Counted from the stretch's first letter, positions 31,442 to 42,863 are shown. The stretch is 64,000 nt of DNA from Thioploca sp. (GCA_030627125.1 DAOUSR010000001.1:14784-78783), one strand, 5' to 3'. Translations and numbers: made by a program. The notes: generated from the letters alone by a model not told the origin.

Positions 31442-32371
31442 ATGCCTTCATTACACATTGTTATTGGTGTTATTTATAATTCTAAAAATAAAGTTTTAAT
31501 AACCTGTCGTCCAAAATATGTTCATCAAGGTGGTTTATGGGAATTTCCGGGCGGTAAAGTTGAATCAGGAGAAACAGTTTTAGCAGCATTAAACCGAGAA
31601 TTGCAAGAAGAAGTTGCTATCATGCTTACACAAGCACGACCGTTAATTCGCATTTCATACGCCTATCCAAATAAAGAATTATTGTTAGATGTCTGGCAAA
31701 TAGAACAATGGTATGGACAGCCTTGGGGGCGTGAAGGGCAGGTTATGGAATGGTGTTCACCAAATGATTTAGCAAGTAAGAAATTTCCAATTCCTAATCT
31801 TCCTATAATTTCAGCTATCCAATTGCCAAAATTATATTTAATCACTCCAGAACCACAAGATGAGAAATTTTTCTATCAATTGGAAAGCTGTTTAGATGCT
31901 GGCATTGCATTAATCCAGTTACGAGCGAAGAAACTGACGGAACTTGCTTATTGTCATTGGGCTGAACGAGCTTTAACTCTATGTAATCGTTACCGGGCAA
32001 AATTATTAGTAAATTCCAGTCCAGAAGTTGCTGTGTCAGTAGGAGCAGACGGAGTACATTTAAACAGTGAGCGTTTATTTATAAACTCGGAAATACCAAA
32101 TAATTTATTGGTAGCAGCTTCCTGTCACTCAGTAGCTGAAATTAAGCAAGCTAATCTCATCCAAACCGACTTTATAGTTGTAAGTCCGGTACATATCACT
32201 ACATCTCATCCAGATTCGGTACCGTTAGGCTGGCAACAATTGTTTCAGTTAACTGAAGAAGCTAACTGTCCGGTTTTTGCATTGGGAGGCATGGAAATGT
32301 CAAATATAGAAATGGCTGTAGCACATGGAACTCAAGGAATTGCTGCAATTAGTAGTTTGTGGAATATTTAA
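31442..32371 (+). CDS. Nudix hydrolase (MutT-like) fused to a thiamine-phosphate-synthase-like domain
   Basis: WEFPGGKVESGE..LNRELQEE Nudix box; IQLRAK, GADGVHL, ASCH, ALGG. Confidence 0.88.
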   Translation: MPSLHIVIGVIYNSKNKVLITCRPKYVHQGGLWEFPGGKVESGETVLAALNRELQEEVAIMLTQARPLIRISYAYPNKELLLDVWQIEQWYGQPWGREGQVMEWCSPNDLASKKFPIPNLPIISAIQLPKLYLITPEPQDEKFFYQLESCLDAGIALIQLRAKKLTELAYCHWAERALTLCNRYRAKLLVNSSPEVAVSVGADGVHLNSERLFINSEIPNNLLVAASCHSVAEIKQANLIQTDFIVVSPVHITTSHPDSVPLGWQQLFQLTEEANCPVFALGGMEMSNIEMAVAHGTQGIAAISSLWNI

Positions 32372-32459
32372 ACAATTAATCAACACCATAATTTAAATTA
32401 ATTGAAAGCATCTATAAAATGTGTTAGTATTTTTGAATCTATTACTTAAAATAAGTTAA

Positions 32460-32819
<360 letters not shown>

Positions 32820-32834
32820 GAGGAAATAGCTAAC

Positions 32835-34121
32835 ATGATACGAAATATAACTTTTTGGTTGTTAGCAATATTGCCTTCAATAACTTTTGCGGAAGATTCT
32901 CTAAATTCTGGAGATACCGCATGGATGTTGACAGCAACAGCATTAGTATTGTTTATGACCATCCCGGGTTTATCTTTATTTTATGCCGGCATGGTACGCA
33001 GTAAAAATGTATTATCAGTATTAATGCAATGTTTTGCTATTACTTCTTTAATGACAATCCTTTGGGTATTGTACATCTATAGCCTAGCTTTTACTGATGG
33101 CGGCTCTATGAATGCTTTTATCGGTGGACTGGATAAGGCGTTTTTAGCCGGAGTAGGGGTTAATTCTCTGAGTGGCACAATTCCTGAAACCGTGTTTATG
33201 ACCTTCCAAATGACTTTTGTGATCATCACCCCAGCTTTGATAGTAGGTGCATTTGCTGAACGGATGAAGTTTTCGGCCATGTTGATATTTATGACATTAT
33301 GGGCAACTTTTGTCTATGCTCCAATTTGTCATTGGGTATGGGGTGGTGGTTGGCTTAGCGAATATGGAATCTTAGACTTTGCTGGCGGTACAGTGGTACA
33401 TATTAATGCTGGTATGGCTGGTTTAGTAGCTGCTATTATGTTAGGCAAACGGCAAGGTTATCCAAAGGTTGCTATGCCACCACACAATTTGACCTTGACG
33501 ATGATAGGAGCTTCCATGTTATGGGTTGGCTGGTTTGGTTTTAATGCGGGAAGTGAACTAGCTGCTGATGGTACTGCTGGTATGGCAATGGCTGTTACCC
33601 AAATTGCTACTGCAACTGCAGCCTTAGCTTGGATGTTCAGCGAATGGCTGTCTCATGGCAAACCTAGTATGTTAGGCATTGCTTCCGGAGCAGTCGCTGG
33701 TTTAGTTGCTATCACTCCAGCTTCTGGTTCAGTTGGCCCAATGGGTGCGATGGCAATTGGTGCTATAACCGGGGTAGGTTGTTTCTTGTCTGCAACCAAA
33801 ATCAAATATATTTTTAACTATGATGATTCTTTAGATGTATTTGGAGTCCACGCAGTAGGTGGTATTATCGGTGCTATTTTGACTGGTGTATTTGCTGCTA
33901 CTGCTTTAGGTGGTGTTGGTTTCGGTGATGGAAATATTACCATGGCTGATCAAGTTATAGCCCAAATTATTGGTGTTGCTGTAACTATTGGTTTTACAGT
34001 AGTCGTAAGCTTCATAATTTTGAAATTAATCGACTTAACTATCGGTTTACGGGTTACTGAAGAACAGGAAGCCGAAGGGTTGGATATTGCTCTCCATGAG
34101 GAACGTGGTTATATTATATAG
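32835..34121 (+). CDS. amtB: Ammonium transporter
   Basis: DFAGGTVVHINAG, WFGFNAGS, DDSLDVFGVH. Confidence 0.96.
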   Translation: MIRNITFWLLAILPSITFAEDSLNSGDTAWMLTATALVLFMTIPGLSLFYAGMVRSKNVLSVLMQCFAITSLMTILWVLYIYSLAFTDGGSMNAFIGGLDKAFLAGVGVNSLSGTIPETVFMTFQMTFVIITPALIVGAFAERMKFSAMLIFMTLWATFVYAPICHWVWGGGWLSEYGILDFAGGTVVHINAGMAGLVAAIMLGKRQGYPKVAMPPHNLTLTMIGASMLWVGWFGFNAGSELAADGTAGMAMAVTQIATATAALAWMFSEWLSHGKPSMLGIASGAVAGLVAITPASGSVGPMGAMAIGAITGVGCFLSATKIKYIFNYDDSLDVFGVHAVGGIIGAILTGVFAATALGGVGFGDGNITMADQVIAQIIGVAVTIGFTVVVSFIILKLIDLTIGLRVTEEQEAEGLDIALHEERGYII

Positions 34122-34247
34122 TCCATAATGAGCTAATATTTTGGAATTCAATCCAACGGAACTGAGGTTAAATAAGTCTAAAGGATTGAATTTCATAATA
34201 TTTTATAGTGACATTATTTATTCTACCACAGATGAAAGTTAAATCCC

Positions 34248-35119
34248 ATGTTACTATTAATTTTAATGTTAAATACAGTTACTACGTTTGAACTGTCTGA
34301 TAAATTTCCACGGCAATTATATGATAATAATGGTAATATTGTAGTTATTTCAACTCAGCCCCAGCGCATAGTTTCATTAACTTTAGCTACAGATGAAATC
34401 TTATTAGCCATATGTCCGCCAAAACGTATTGCTGCAATTAGTACTATGGCTACTGATAGTAATTATAGCAATGTCGTTATCGAATCTAAGCAAATTCTTG
34501 CTAAAACAACTAACAATACTGAATATATTTTAGGATTTAAACCAGATTTAGTTTTTGTTGCTAGTTATAGTCAGGCTGAAATGGTTGAATTATTACAGAA
34601 AACAGATACATCTGTATTTAGATTTACCAATTTTAGTAGTATTGCTGATATTAAAAAAATATAAAAACAGTAGGTTTTGCCATTGGAGAAGCTAAAAAAG
34701 CCAATGCTATTATCACCCAAATGGAAGCAGAAATTAAAAATATTCAAGCTAACATCCCAAATGTAAAACCTCCAACTATTATGTCATATAGCTTAGGCAA
34801 TTATACTGCTGGAAGTAACACTACTTTTGATGATATGGCTAAATTAGTTGGAGCAGTCAATATTGTTGCAAAACAAGGAATTAAACAGCATACAAAAATT
34901 AATAGTGAATATATTTTAGCTTGGCAACCAGACTTTATTATCTCCCATGCTCATAAAGATAAATTTGCTTTAGTAAGACGACAAATGTTGGAAAATCCAG
35001 CTATTGCAGCTAGTAAAGCAAAAATTATCATTATTGAAACTCGCCATTTTTTATCAGTTTCACAATATATTGTTGCTGGAATTAGGACTCTGGCTAAAGA
35101 ATTATATAATATAGAATGA
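34248..35119 (+). pseudogene. BtuF/FecB-type ABC substrate-binding protein, frameshifted
   Basis: PQRIVSL..DEILL and E.IL..KPDLV in the first ORF; adding one A to the A7 run at 34653-34659 joins it in frame (DIKKNIKTVGFAIGEA...) to ORF 34721-35119. Confidence 0.75.
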
Positions 35120-35146
35120 ATTTACGAATTATATCAATCTCATACA

Positions 35147-36031
35147 TCAAAAATTAATTAGCCGTTTCGGAGCAATCCTACCATCTTCTAATATTTGGCC
35201 AATTCCTAAAAACAATTCATCGTTAAATAGTTGCACCCAACCAGCAGTTGGAGCTTGAGAAATTTGAATTGCTTGTCCTCGTTGAATATAGTAAGTTAAT
35301 TCTGTTGATAGGTTAACTTTAGGCCAATGAGAGATTGCTGTTTGCATAGGAATTAATAGCTTATCTAAAACTGCCAAATCAGATTCCAGCTCCAAAGTAG
35401 CAAAATCGAACATATTCCAATAATTCCCTACTCCAATCCGGTGCAAACGACTGACAAAAGCTCCACAACCCAATGCTTCACCAATATCCTCCGCTAAAGT
35501 ACGAATATAAGTACCTTTAGAACAATGCACTTTTATAGCAAGATAGTTATCAACAAAACTTTGGATTTCTATATTAAAAATAGTAATGGAACGAGCCTTA
35601 CGTTCTATAGTTTTTCCTTGTCGGGCTAATTTGTATAAAGGTTGACCCTGATGTTTAAGAGCCGAATACATAGGTGGAATTTGGTCACTAGAACCAATAA
35701 ATGATTGAATTACTGTATCAATCTGTTCACGAGTAATATTATCAGTGGGACGAGTTTGTAAAATCTCACCTTCACTATCTCCAGTTAATGTAGTAAAACC
35801 AAGAGTTATAGTAGTTTCATAATACTTGTCAGCCATCAATAAAAAATTAGATAGCTTTGTAGCTTCACCTAAACATATGGGCAGTAGACCACTGGCAAGT
35901 TGATCCAAGCTACCAGTATGACCGGCTTTTTTAGCTTGATATAATCGTTTTATCCGTTGTAAAGCTGCATTGGAACTTATTCCTACTGGTTTGTTAAGCA
36001 GTAGAATTCCATTTATATTTCTTTTAACCAT
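35147..36031 (-). CDS. truB: tRNA pseudouridine(55) synthase
   Basis: KAGHTGSLD, PPMYSALK, CSKGTYIRTL. Confidence 0.96.
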   Translation of the reverse strand: MVKRNINGILLLNKPVGISSNAALQRIKRLYQAKKAGHTGSLDQLASGLLPICLGEATKLSNFLLMADKYYETTITLGFTTLTGDSEGEILQTRPTDNITREQIDTVIQSFIGSSDQIPPMYSALKHQGQPLYKLARQGKTIERKARSITIFNIEIQSFVDNYLAIKVHCSKGTYIRTLAEDIGEALGCGAFVSRLHRIGVGNYWNMFDFATLELESDLAVLDKLLIPMQTAISHWPKVNLSTELTYYIQRGQAIQISQAPTAGWVQLFNDELFLGIGQILEDGRIAPKRLINF

Positions 36032-36098
36032 TAATGATTGATGTTTACCTAGAGCTTTCGCTTCAAGTTTTATTTAAGTAATTATAGGGCTAATATTC

Positions 36099-36479
36099 CT
36101 ATAGTGATTTAGTATCAGTTTGCGTAGTTATTTCTTCTTCAGGTTTAACCGAATCTATCAACGCTGATAAACGAGTACCATATTCAACTGAACTATCATG
36201 CACAAAATATAATTGAGGAGTAGTTCGGGTTGTTAAACGCTGGGACAAATGATGGCGTAATCGACCTCTCATCTCTTGATTTAGATGTTTAACAGTAGTT
36301 TTTTCATCACCAGCAAGGATTGTTACATAAATCTTAGCTTGTTTGAAATCTGGCGATACATCTACTCCAGAAACTGTAATCATACCAAAGGTTTTAGTGT
36401 TAACTTCTTTATGGATAATGGAAGCTAATTCTCGTTGGATTTGTTCACCAACTCGTTGGGTGCGGCTGAATTCTTTCAT
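36099..36479 (-). CDS. rbfA: Ribosome-binding factor A
   Basis: RTQRVGEQIQRELA, VDVSPDFKQAKIY, PQLYFVHDSS. Confidence 0.95.
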   Translation of the reverse strand: MKEFSRTQRVGEQIQRELASIIHKEVNTKTFGMITVSGVDVSPDFKQAKIYVTILAGDEKTTVKHLNQEMRGRLRHHLSQRLTTRTTPQLYFVHDSSVEYGTRLSALIDSVKPEEEITTQTDTKSL

Positions 36480-36495
36480 TGCTTATTAGTAAATA

Positions 36496-36937
36496 TTAGT
36501 TTAGATATGATTCAAAAAGAAATTTAATTGTTGTTTTTGCTGTTTCGTCAACTGGTTTAATATGACCATCAAAAGTATATTTAAAATATTTTTCACAGTC
36601 TTTATCCAATGGAGAAATTGGAATTACATCATTATTTTTTGAATTTCCACAATGAAGAGGTTCTCCTTTTTCGAGGTTTTTTTGACATGAACAAAGCAAA
36701 TTAGAAAAATCAAAGGCTTTTTCAGGATATTTATCCTTGTCTTTTGGAAGTAAATGTTTAATATGGCTATCTTCTATAATCAATTCTCGTTCACAGTAAC
36801 ATATATCCTTGTTCTATCATTAAAGCTGTTTTAACTTCACGTTTTAATCTACCTTTTAAACTTTTAAACTTAGTAAACCCTTTTTGTTTCCATTCAGTGA
36901 ATTCTATTGGCTCTTCATTTTTTTGTATATATTTCAT
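36496..36937 (-). pseudogene. HNH endonuclease (PtuB/TIGR02646-like), frameshifted and apparently truncated
   Basis: MKYIQKNEEP..LMIEQGY from ATG 36937, a frameshift near 36800, then CYCERE..SHIKH..NLLCSC..HCGNSK. Confidence 0.75.
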
Positions 36938-37681
36938 TTACCAATAATTTCCATACGTTTACTAAGAACTTTTGCCTTTGCTAATTCTGAATCCATTCCA
37001 ATTCTAGATTGTAAATCAACCATTAAATTTTCAGCGTCTTGTAACTTTTTATCTTGAATTAAAACAAATAATTTATGTAAATCTTGTTTTATTTCTTGAG
37101 GTCGTGCATCTGTACCCATTATATCTTCTAAAATACGATCTGTATTCTTACCATAGGATTCTTCTGGATGAAAAATATTGTTATCTTTAAGAATAAATAC
37201 ACTTTCAGGTTGTATATGGCTAATAATCTGAGGAGAATGCGTAGAAATAATAAACTGACAATTTTTAAATATTTTCATTAAGTTAGGAACAATTTTTCTT
37301 TGCCAACTAGGATGCAAATGTAAATCAATTTCGTCAATTAAAATAACTCCATCACCATGTAAAGGCTTATCATTTTCTGGATTAGCAACTATTAACCGTC
37401 TAGCTAAATCAGCAACTAATAATAACAACATTTTTTCACCAGCAGAAAGTTGATTAATATTTAATACGGTCTTTGTTTATTAGCTAAAAATCAATGTCAG
37501 TTTTTTGCTCTAAGGAAAAACCTACAGTTACATCAAATAAAAAAGCAATACTAGATAATATAGTAGTCTTCCCACTGCCATTATTCCCAATCAAAACCGT
37601 CAATTTATCATGTAATTCTAGCTCGAAATTTTTGAAACCGCCTACGTTATCAAGTTTTAATTTAGTTATTTTAGTAGTCAT
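36934..37681 (-). pseudogene. AAA/ABC-type ATPase (PtuA-like) with an internal deletion
   Basis: N-terminal piece with GNNGSGKT; C-terminal piece with QLSAGEK, LIDEIDLHLHP.WQ and STHSP; the middle is missing and a stop intervenes. Confidence 0.8.
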
Positions 37682-37822
37682 ATTTGGTAGGATATTTAAT
37701 TAGAAGTTATCTAGCAAAATAGAGGTAATGTAGTGATTACTTAAAAAACCTGCTAGGTTTCAAAAGCAGATTTAACACTACTTTGTTTAGGACTACCCAG
37801 GAAGTTTGTATAACATATTAGA

Positions 37823-38746
37823 TTACAACATTTTTTTATAAAATTCCTCATCTTCTCCTCCAAATACTGCGAACAATCTTTTTATTAACGCTGATATTTC
37901 TGCATTCATAATAGTAAAATCTGCTTGAAACTGTTGAGTAAAACTTTCAGCATTAATTTCATTAACTTGAGTTTGAATTAAATCTAAAATTTGTAACCGT
38001 CTAATTATTAATTCGTCATCAATTATTAACCCCAAACGGTCATTCCATTGCAATGCTAAACGCTTAACTAATTTACCAGCTTTTAAATGAGCATTAATTT
38101 CTGTAGCTAATAAATTTTGCCGTTTACAATTAGCTTCTGCACCGTCGTTGTTTGCTAATACACAAGCATCACCTAGTTCAAAATCTGCTGGACAATCATT
38201 AGATTGAACCAACCATTGAGTCATCACATTAGCTATGCTTTTATTTAATTTAGGCGGAACTACTGGCAAACTACCCACAGTATGACGTAAAAAACTCACT
38301 AATTCCTCAGCTTTTTTTGGGGTAGGAGTATCAACCAATAACCACCCATGTTTAATATCAATATAAGCGTAAATGTAGTTTGAACGGGTGAATGCTCTGG
38401 GGATTAAATCATGCAATACTTCATCACGAATACCATCTTTCTCTCGTTTTCTAACTTTGCGCATTTGTTGAGTTTCAATTTCTTCCACTCTATCATTAAC
38501 AAATTCACGAATTACTGATGCTGGTAAAATTTTCTCCTCCTTTCGCATCTTGAAAACCAAACAATTATTAGCACTATATACTAAATGCTCACTATCACGT
38601 CCTAATGGAGAGACCCAGCCAATACTTTCCATATCCATCTTTCCACAAGAATGAAAAGCTGATTCGGTAAGACTTTCTTGTAATCCTTCGGATAATATTG
38701 TCACATCTTGTAAAAACCGGAAAATATTTAAATTTTTAAACCACAT
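37823..38746 (-). CDS. rdgC: Recombination-associated protein RdgC
   Basis: MWFKNL, GWVSP, EEKILPASVI, LIPRAF, GSLPVVP. Confidence 0.93.
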   Translation of the reverse strand: MWFKNLNIFRFLQDVTILSEGLQESLTESAFHSCGKMDMESIGWVSPLGRDSEHLVYSANNCLVFKMRKEEKILPASVIREFVNDRVEEIETQQMRKVRKREKDGIRDEVLHDLIPRAFTRSNYIYAYIDIKHGWLLVDTPTPKKAEELVSFLRHTVGSLPVVPPKLNKSIANVMTQWLVQSNDCPADFELGDACVLANNDGAEANCKRQNLLATEINAHLKAGKLVKRLALQWNDRLGLIIDDELIIRRLQILDLIQTQVNEINAESFTQQFQADFTIMNAEISALIKRLFAVFGGEDEEFYKKML

Positions 38747-39154
38747 AATTATTATGTCCAGAATGAATTTTGCTTTCAAATATATCTATGATTAAATTTA
38801 AAAGTACTTGTTTATGTCAAATTTTCATTATATAATGCTACGAGTACTGGGAACTACACATCATATTACATACGTGGTAACTTGAAAATATTTTACATGT
38901 TAAAATATTATCAGTCACATTTTAGAAATTATTCCTTATAATTATTTAGTGTACACATAACTATCAAGATTGGCTAAATTTTTTAGAACTATGTTACCAT
39001 AGATTTATTATTTATGAATCATAACCTAGCACAATCTTTTCATTCAAAGAATCCAAAAATATTATATAGATTTAGATTTTAAATTACAAAGAATGGTAAT
39101 CTTTTTGCATTATAAATAAGTTTAAAACACATTATATGATTGTTATATTAACTT

Positions 39155-39267
39155 CAATAGTTATGACAGTTTTTAAAAAATAAATGCAGGTTAAAAAATT
39201 AATTTACTGAAGTTTAATTATTAAAATACTTTAATAACAATCAGTTGTAAATGCTACCGAACCATTA
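39155..39267. mobile_element. Degenerate second copy of the 24048 MITE
   Basis: CAATAGTTATGACAGTTTTTAAAAAATA...AAAATACTTTAATAACAA..CCGAACCATT, flanked by TTAACTT direct repeats. Confidence 0.7.
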
Positions 39268-39349
39268 TTAACTTGATACATAGATAATTTTAAGTCTAAT
39301 ACTTAAAGTATATTGAATTTATTTCTAACTGTTTTATATTGAATTATAT

Positions 39350-40693
39350 ATGTTTATGACTCAAACAAATAAAGAAGAAAATATATTTGCAGACGATGCT
39401 ATTTTCGCAGATGACGATGCTATTTTTGCAGATGACGATGAAGTATTAGTTCAACAGGATAATAATTTTTCTTGTCAAGATAAAAACTGGAAAATTTTTA
39501 TTATTGATGATGAAAAAGATGTTCACCAGTTAACCAAGTTTGTATTGGAAGACTATGTTTATCAAAATAAACATTTGGAATTTTTAAGTGCCTATTCTGC
39601 GAGTGATGCTAGAAAATTAATTACCCAACATAATGATATAGCAGTTATTTTTTTAGATGTCGTTATGGAAACTAATGATGCAGGATTGAAACTGATAGAA
39701 TATATTAGAGAACATAATAAATTTGCTCGTATCATTTTAAGAACTGGCCAGCCTGGTTATGCTCCAGAAAAGCAAGTTATACTAAAATATGATATTAATG
39801 ATTATAAAAATAAGACTGAGCTGACGGATCAAAAATTATTTACTGTTATTACATCTAGTTTACGAGCTTACTCAGATATTATGACAATTGAGTTATATCG
39901 CCAATCCTTAGAAAATAAAGTAACCGAACGCACTCTACAACTTAAAACTAAAAATGAAACTTTAATCATTTTAAACCAAGAATTAGTCGCACTTAATCAA
40001 GAAAAAAATGAATTTTTAGGTATTGCTGCACATGATTTAAAAAATCCACTTTCAGCAATTCAATCTCTAGCTAATCTTATGCGGATGGCAATTAATGATT
40101 TTCCCCAAGAGAAAATTGTTGAATTTGCTGCTATGATTGAGAATAGTGCTCAAAGATTATTTGCGTTAATTCAAAATTTATTGGATGTTAATGCAATAGA
40201 GTCTGGTAATACTCATATATCTTTAGCAAGTTATGATATACTGCCTTTTTTTCAAACAGTAGTGCAAAATTATATTAAACCAGCCGAAAATAAAAATATT
40301 GAAATAAAATTTAATTTTGTGGAAGAATCATATCCAATTCTTGCTGATGAAAATGCAATTTTTCAAGTGTTGGACAATTTAGTTTCTAACGCAATTAAAT
40401 ATTCTCCACATGGTAAAAGTGTATATTTTACTTTATCTAAAACTGATAGTACAGTACGTTGTGAAATAAGGGATGAAGGGCCTGGTCTTAGTGAAAAGGA
40501 TTTAACTCAACTATTTGGTAAATTCGCTAGATTAACGCCACGTCCTACTGGTGATGAACATTCAACTGGTCTTGGATTATTTATTGTAAAAAAATTAGTT
40601 GAAGTTATGAAAGGTAATGTATGGTGTAAAAGTGAGCTAGGCAGAGGAACTACCTTTATTACAGAATTTCCATTGCTGGCAGAAGATGAATAA
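39350..40693 (+). CDS. Hybrid receiver-histidine kinase with an acidic N-terminal repeat
   Basis: WKIFIIDD, LDVVME, LRTGQPG (REC); AAHDLKNPL; NAIKYS, DEGPG, GLGL. Confidence 0.9.
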   Translation: MFMTQTNKEENIFADDAIFADDDAIFADDDEVLVQQDNNFSCQDKNWKIFIIDDEKDVHQLTKFVLEDYVYQNKHLEFLSAYSASDARKLITQHNDIAVIFLDVVMETNDAGLKLIEYIREHNKFARIILRTGQPGYAPEKQVILKYDINDYKNKTELTDQKLFTVITSSLRAYSDIMTIELYRQSLENKVTERTLQLKTKNETLIILNQELVALNQEKNEFLGIAAHDLKNPLSAIQSLANLMRMAINDFPQEKIVEFAAMIENSAQRLFALIQNLLDVNAIESGNTHISLASYDILPFFQTVVQNYIKPAENKNIEIKFNFVEESYPILADENAIFQVLDNLVSNAIKYSPHGKSVYFTLSKTDSTVRCEIRDEGPGLSEKDLTQLFGKFARLTPRPTGDEHSTGLGLFIVKKLVEVMKGNVWCKSELGRGTTFITEFPLLAEDE

Positions 40694-40768
40694 TTAATTT
40701 TAAGGCATTATAAATATGGTCAAATCATTAAATATAATTATAAGAAGATTTAGAATGCGGAGGACAAG

Positions 40769-41824
40769 ATGAAAGTAACAGCAATAGGTGTTAATTCAGC
40801 CTTTGCCACCGGAGAATATGCCGATGGGATTCGTGTAGAACAAGCTAAAGAATTATTTTTACAAATAGCCTCCAGTGAAGAATTTAAAAATATTTCAGAA
40901 GAAGTTATTAACAATAAACTGAAAAAATTAACCCAACGTTTTTATACCCCGCGATGGCAATCTAATTTTTTAATTGAATTTGATATGCCCGGTAAAAGAA
41001 TGAAAAAACCATATCGTTTATTAGTTGATGCTGGTGGTGATGTTCGACACGCATTAAAAAAAATGAATTTAACTTCATCTGATATCGATGGAGTTTATAT
41101 TTCTCATCCTCACAATGATCACATTGGTGGTATGGAATATCTAGCTCTTACCACATTTTTTAATCCTTTTTATACTTTGGCAAAACAAAAATGGCTTAAA
41201 AATCAATTTATTGCTGATAAGTTATTTTTAGAACAAGATTGGTGGCCAGTTCCTCCAAGTAATACTAAACTTGATCTATTTATCCATCAAAAAGTTCTTA
41301 AACCATTAAAAAGAGCATTAGGACCAGGATTAGATACTTTACAAGGCGTGCCTGATGTTACTTTAGATACCTACTTTAATGTTAATATTCTAGGCAAACA
41401 AGAAAATGGCCATACTAAATCACATACTTTTCAAGATGGTGAAGGTCATTGGAAATTAACTCCTATTTTTGCGATGCATGTTATCTCCAGTTGTGAGGAA
41501 ATGCCTAGCTATGGTTTAAGTTTGCAACATTCCAGTGGTTACAATGTTTTAATGCCAACTGACATCCAGTCAATCATGCCAACTCAACTAGAATCACATT
41601 ATAGACGAGCTCATCGGATTTATATGGATTGTGAAACTTCTCCATTTCCTTCTGGAGTTCATCCTCATGTTACTGATTTAATTGGTAAACTTGATTATGA
41701 TATTCAGAAAAAATGTTTACTTTATCATTATGATGAATATCCACAAGTACCGAGTGATATGTTTTATGGTATTTTAAATACTTGGGATTCACATACTTAT
41801 CCTTCTGAAGAAGAGTTTTTTTAG
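40769..41824 (+). CDS. Metallo-beta-lactamase-fold hydrolase
   Basis: SNFL, LLVDAG, ISHPHNDHIGG and later conserved H/D residues. Confidence 0.8.
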   Translation: MKVTAIGVNSAFATGEYADGIRVEQAKELFLQIASSEEFKNISEEVINNKLKKLTQRFYTPRWQSNFLIEFDMPGKRMKKPYRLLVDAGGDVRHALKKMNLTSSDIDGVYISHPHNDHIGGMEYLALTTFFNPFYTLAKQKWLKNQFIADKLFLEQDWWPVPPSNTKLDLFIHQKVLKPLKRALGPGLDTLQGVPDVTLDTYFNVNILGKQENGHTKSHTFQDGEGHWKLTPIFAMHVISSCEEMPSYGLSLQHSSGYNVLMPTDIQSIMPTQLESHYRRAHRIYMDCETSPFPSGVHPHVTDLIGKLDYDIQKKCLLYHYDEYPQVPSDMFYGILNTWDSHTYPSEEEFF

Positions 41825-41828
41825 CAGG

Positions 41829-42863
41829 ATGTTAGCACCAGAAAATTCTCAAAACCTAATTCCAATTCATATTGTTACCGGTTTTCTTGGTAGTGGTAAA
41901 ACTACTTTACTTAATCAATTGTTGCAACAAATGCAACGTACAATTATTATTGTCAATGAATTTGGGGACATTAGTGTTGATCATTTATTGATTGAAACTA
42001 CCACTGAAGATATGATGATATTGGAAGGTGGCTGTGTATGTTGTACAGTGCGTACCGACTTGTTGAATACTCTAGAAGATTTATTCCATAAAAAAATAGT
42101 TGAATTTGAACAAATTGTTGTAGAAACAACTGGACTGGCGGATCCAGCTCCAATTTTACGGACTTTAATAGATGACTCGTTTGTTGCTAAACATTATCGC
42201 TTAGACACTATAGTAACTACCGTTGATGCTGTATATGCTATTGAACAGATAGAAGAATATGATGAGTCGGTAAAACAAATTGCTTTGGCACATCATCTAG
42301 TTTTAACCAAAATTGATTTAGTTGATAATTTGGAAATTTTAACCAGCCGTTTAAAACAACTTAATCCTACCGCCAAACTCCATACAGCTAATCTTAATAA
42401 ACACCATCTGAAGGCATCTGTTTTATTTGATAATAGTCATTACGATAAGCAAACTCAACAGCTTGATATTAATCGTTGGTTACAGACAGAAGCCTATGAT
42501 AATCAAGAATATAATCATAGTACTTATATACAAACTTTCTGCATAGAATATCATGAACCTTTACATTGGTTGACATTAGAGCATTGGATTCAGCAATTAA
42601 CCCGTTTACGTGGTAAAGATTTGTTGAGAGTGAAAGGGATTGCTTATACCTATGAAACTGATTTACCAGTAATAATCCAAGGTGTACAACATATTTTTCA
42701 AGCCCCAACTACTTTAAAAGCTTGGCCCGATGACAAGAGATGTACGCAGATTGTATTTATTACTAGAAATATAAAAAAACAATTAGTTGAACAAGTTTTA
42801 CAAGCTATAATAGACAGCAAGAATTCCGTAGATATTTGTAATGCTGCATTGCTTCTTTTATGA
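41829..42863 (+). CDS. COG0523/CobW-family metallochaperone GTPase
   Basis: TGFLGSGKTT, NEFG, GCVCC, ETTGLADP, TKID, LLRVKG. Confidence 0.9.
   Translation: MLAPENSQNLIPIHIVTGFLGSGKTTLLNQLLQQMQRTIIIVNEFGDISVDHLLIETTTEDMMILEGGCVCCTVRTDLLNTLEDLFHKKIVEFEQIVVETTGLADPAPILRTLIDDSFVAKHYRLDTIVTTVDAVYAIEQIEEYDESVKQIALAHHLVLTKIDLVDNLEILTSRLKQLNPTAKLHTANLNKHHLKASVLFDNSHYDKQTQQLDINRWLQTEAYDNQEYNHSTYIQTFCIEYHEPLHWLTLEHWIQQLTRLRGKDLLRVKGIAYTYETDLPVIIQGVQHIFQAPTTLKAWPDDKRCTQIVFITRNIKKQLVEQVLQAIIDSKNSVDICNAALLLL

Noticed and set aside
34122-34247. Cobalamin riboswitch upstream of the BtuF-like gene
   Set aside because: Only an inverted repeat (GGAATTCAATCC/GGATTGAATTTC); no B12-box consensus.
36496-37820. 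Complete retron system
   Set aside because: No reverse transcriptase or msr/msd region; the effector-like genes are broken.
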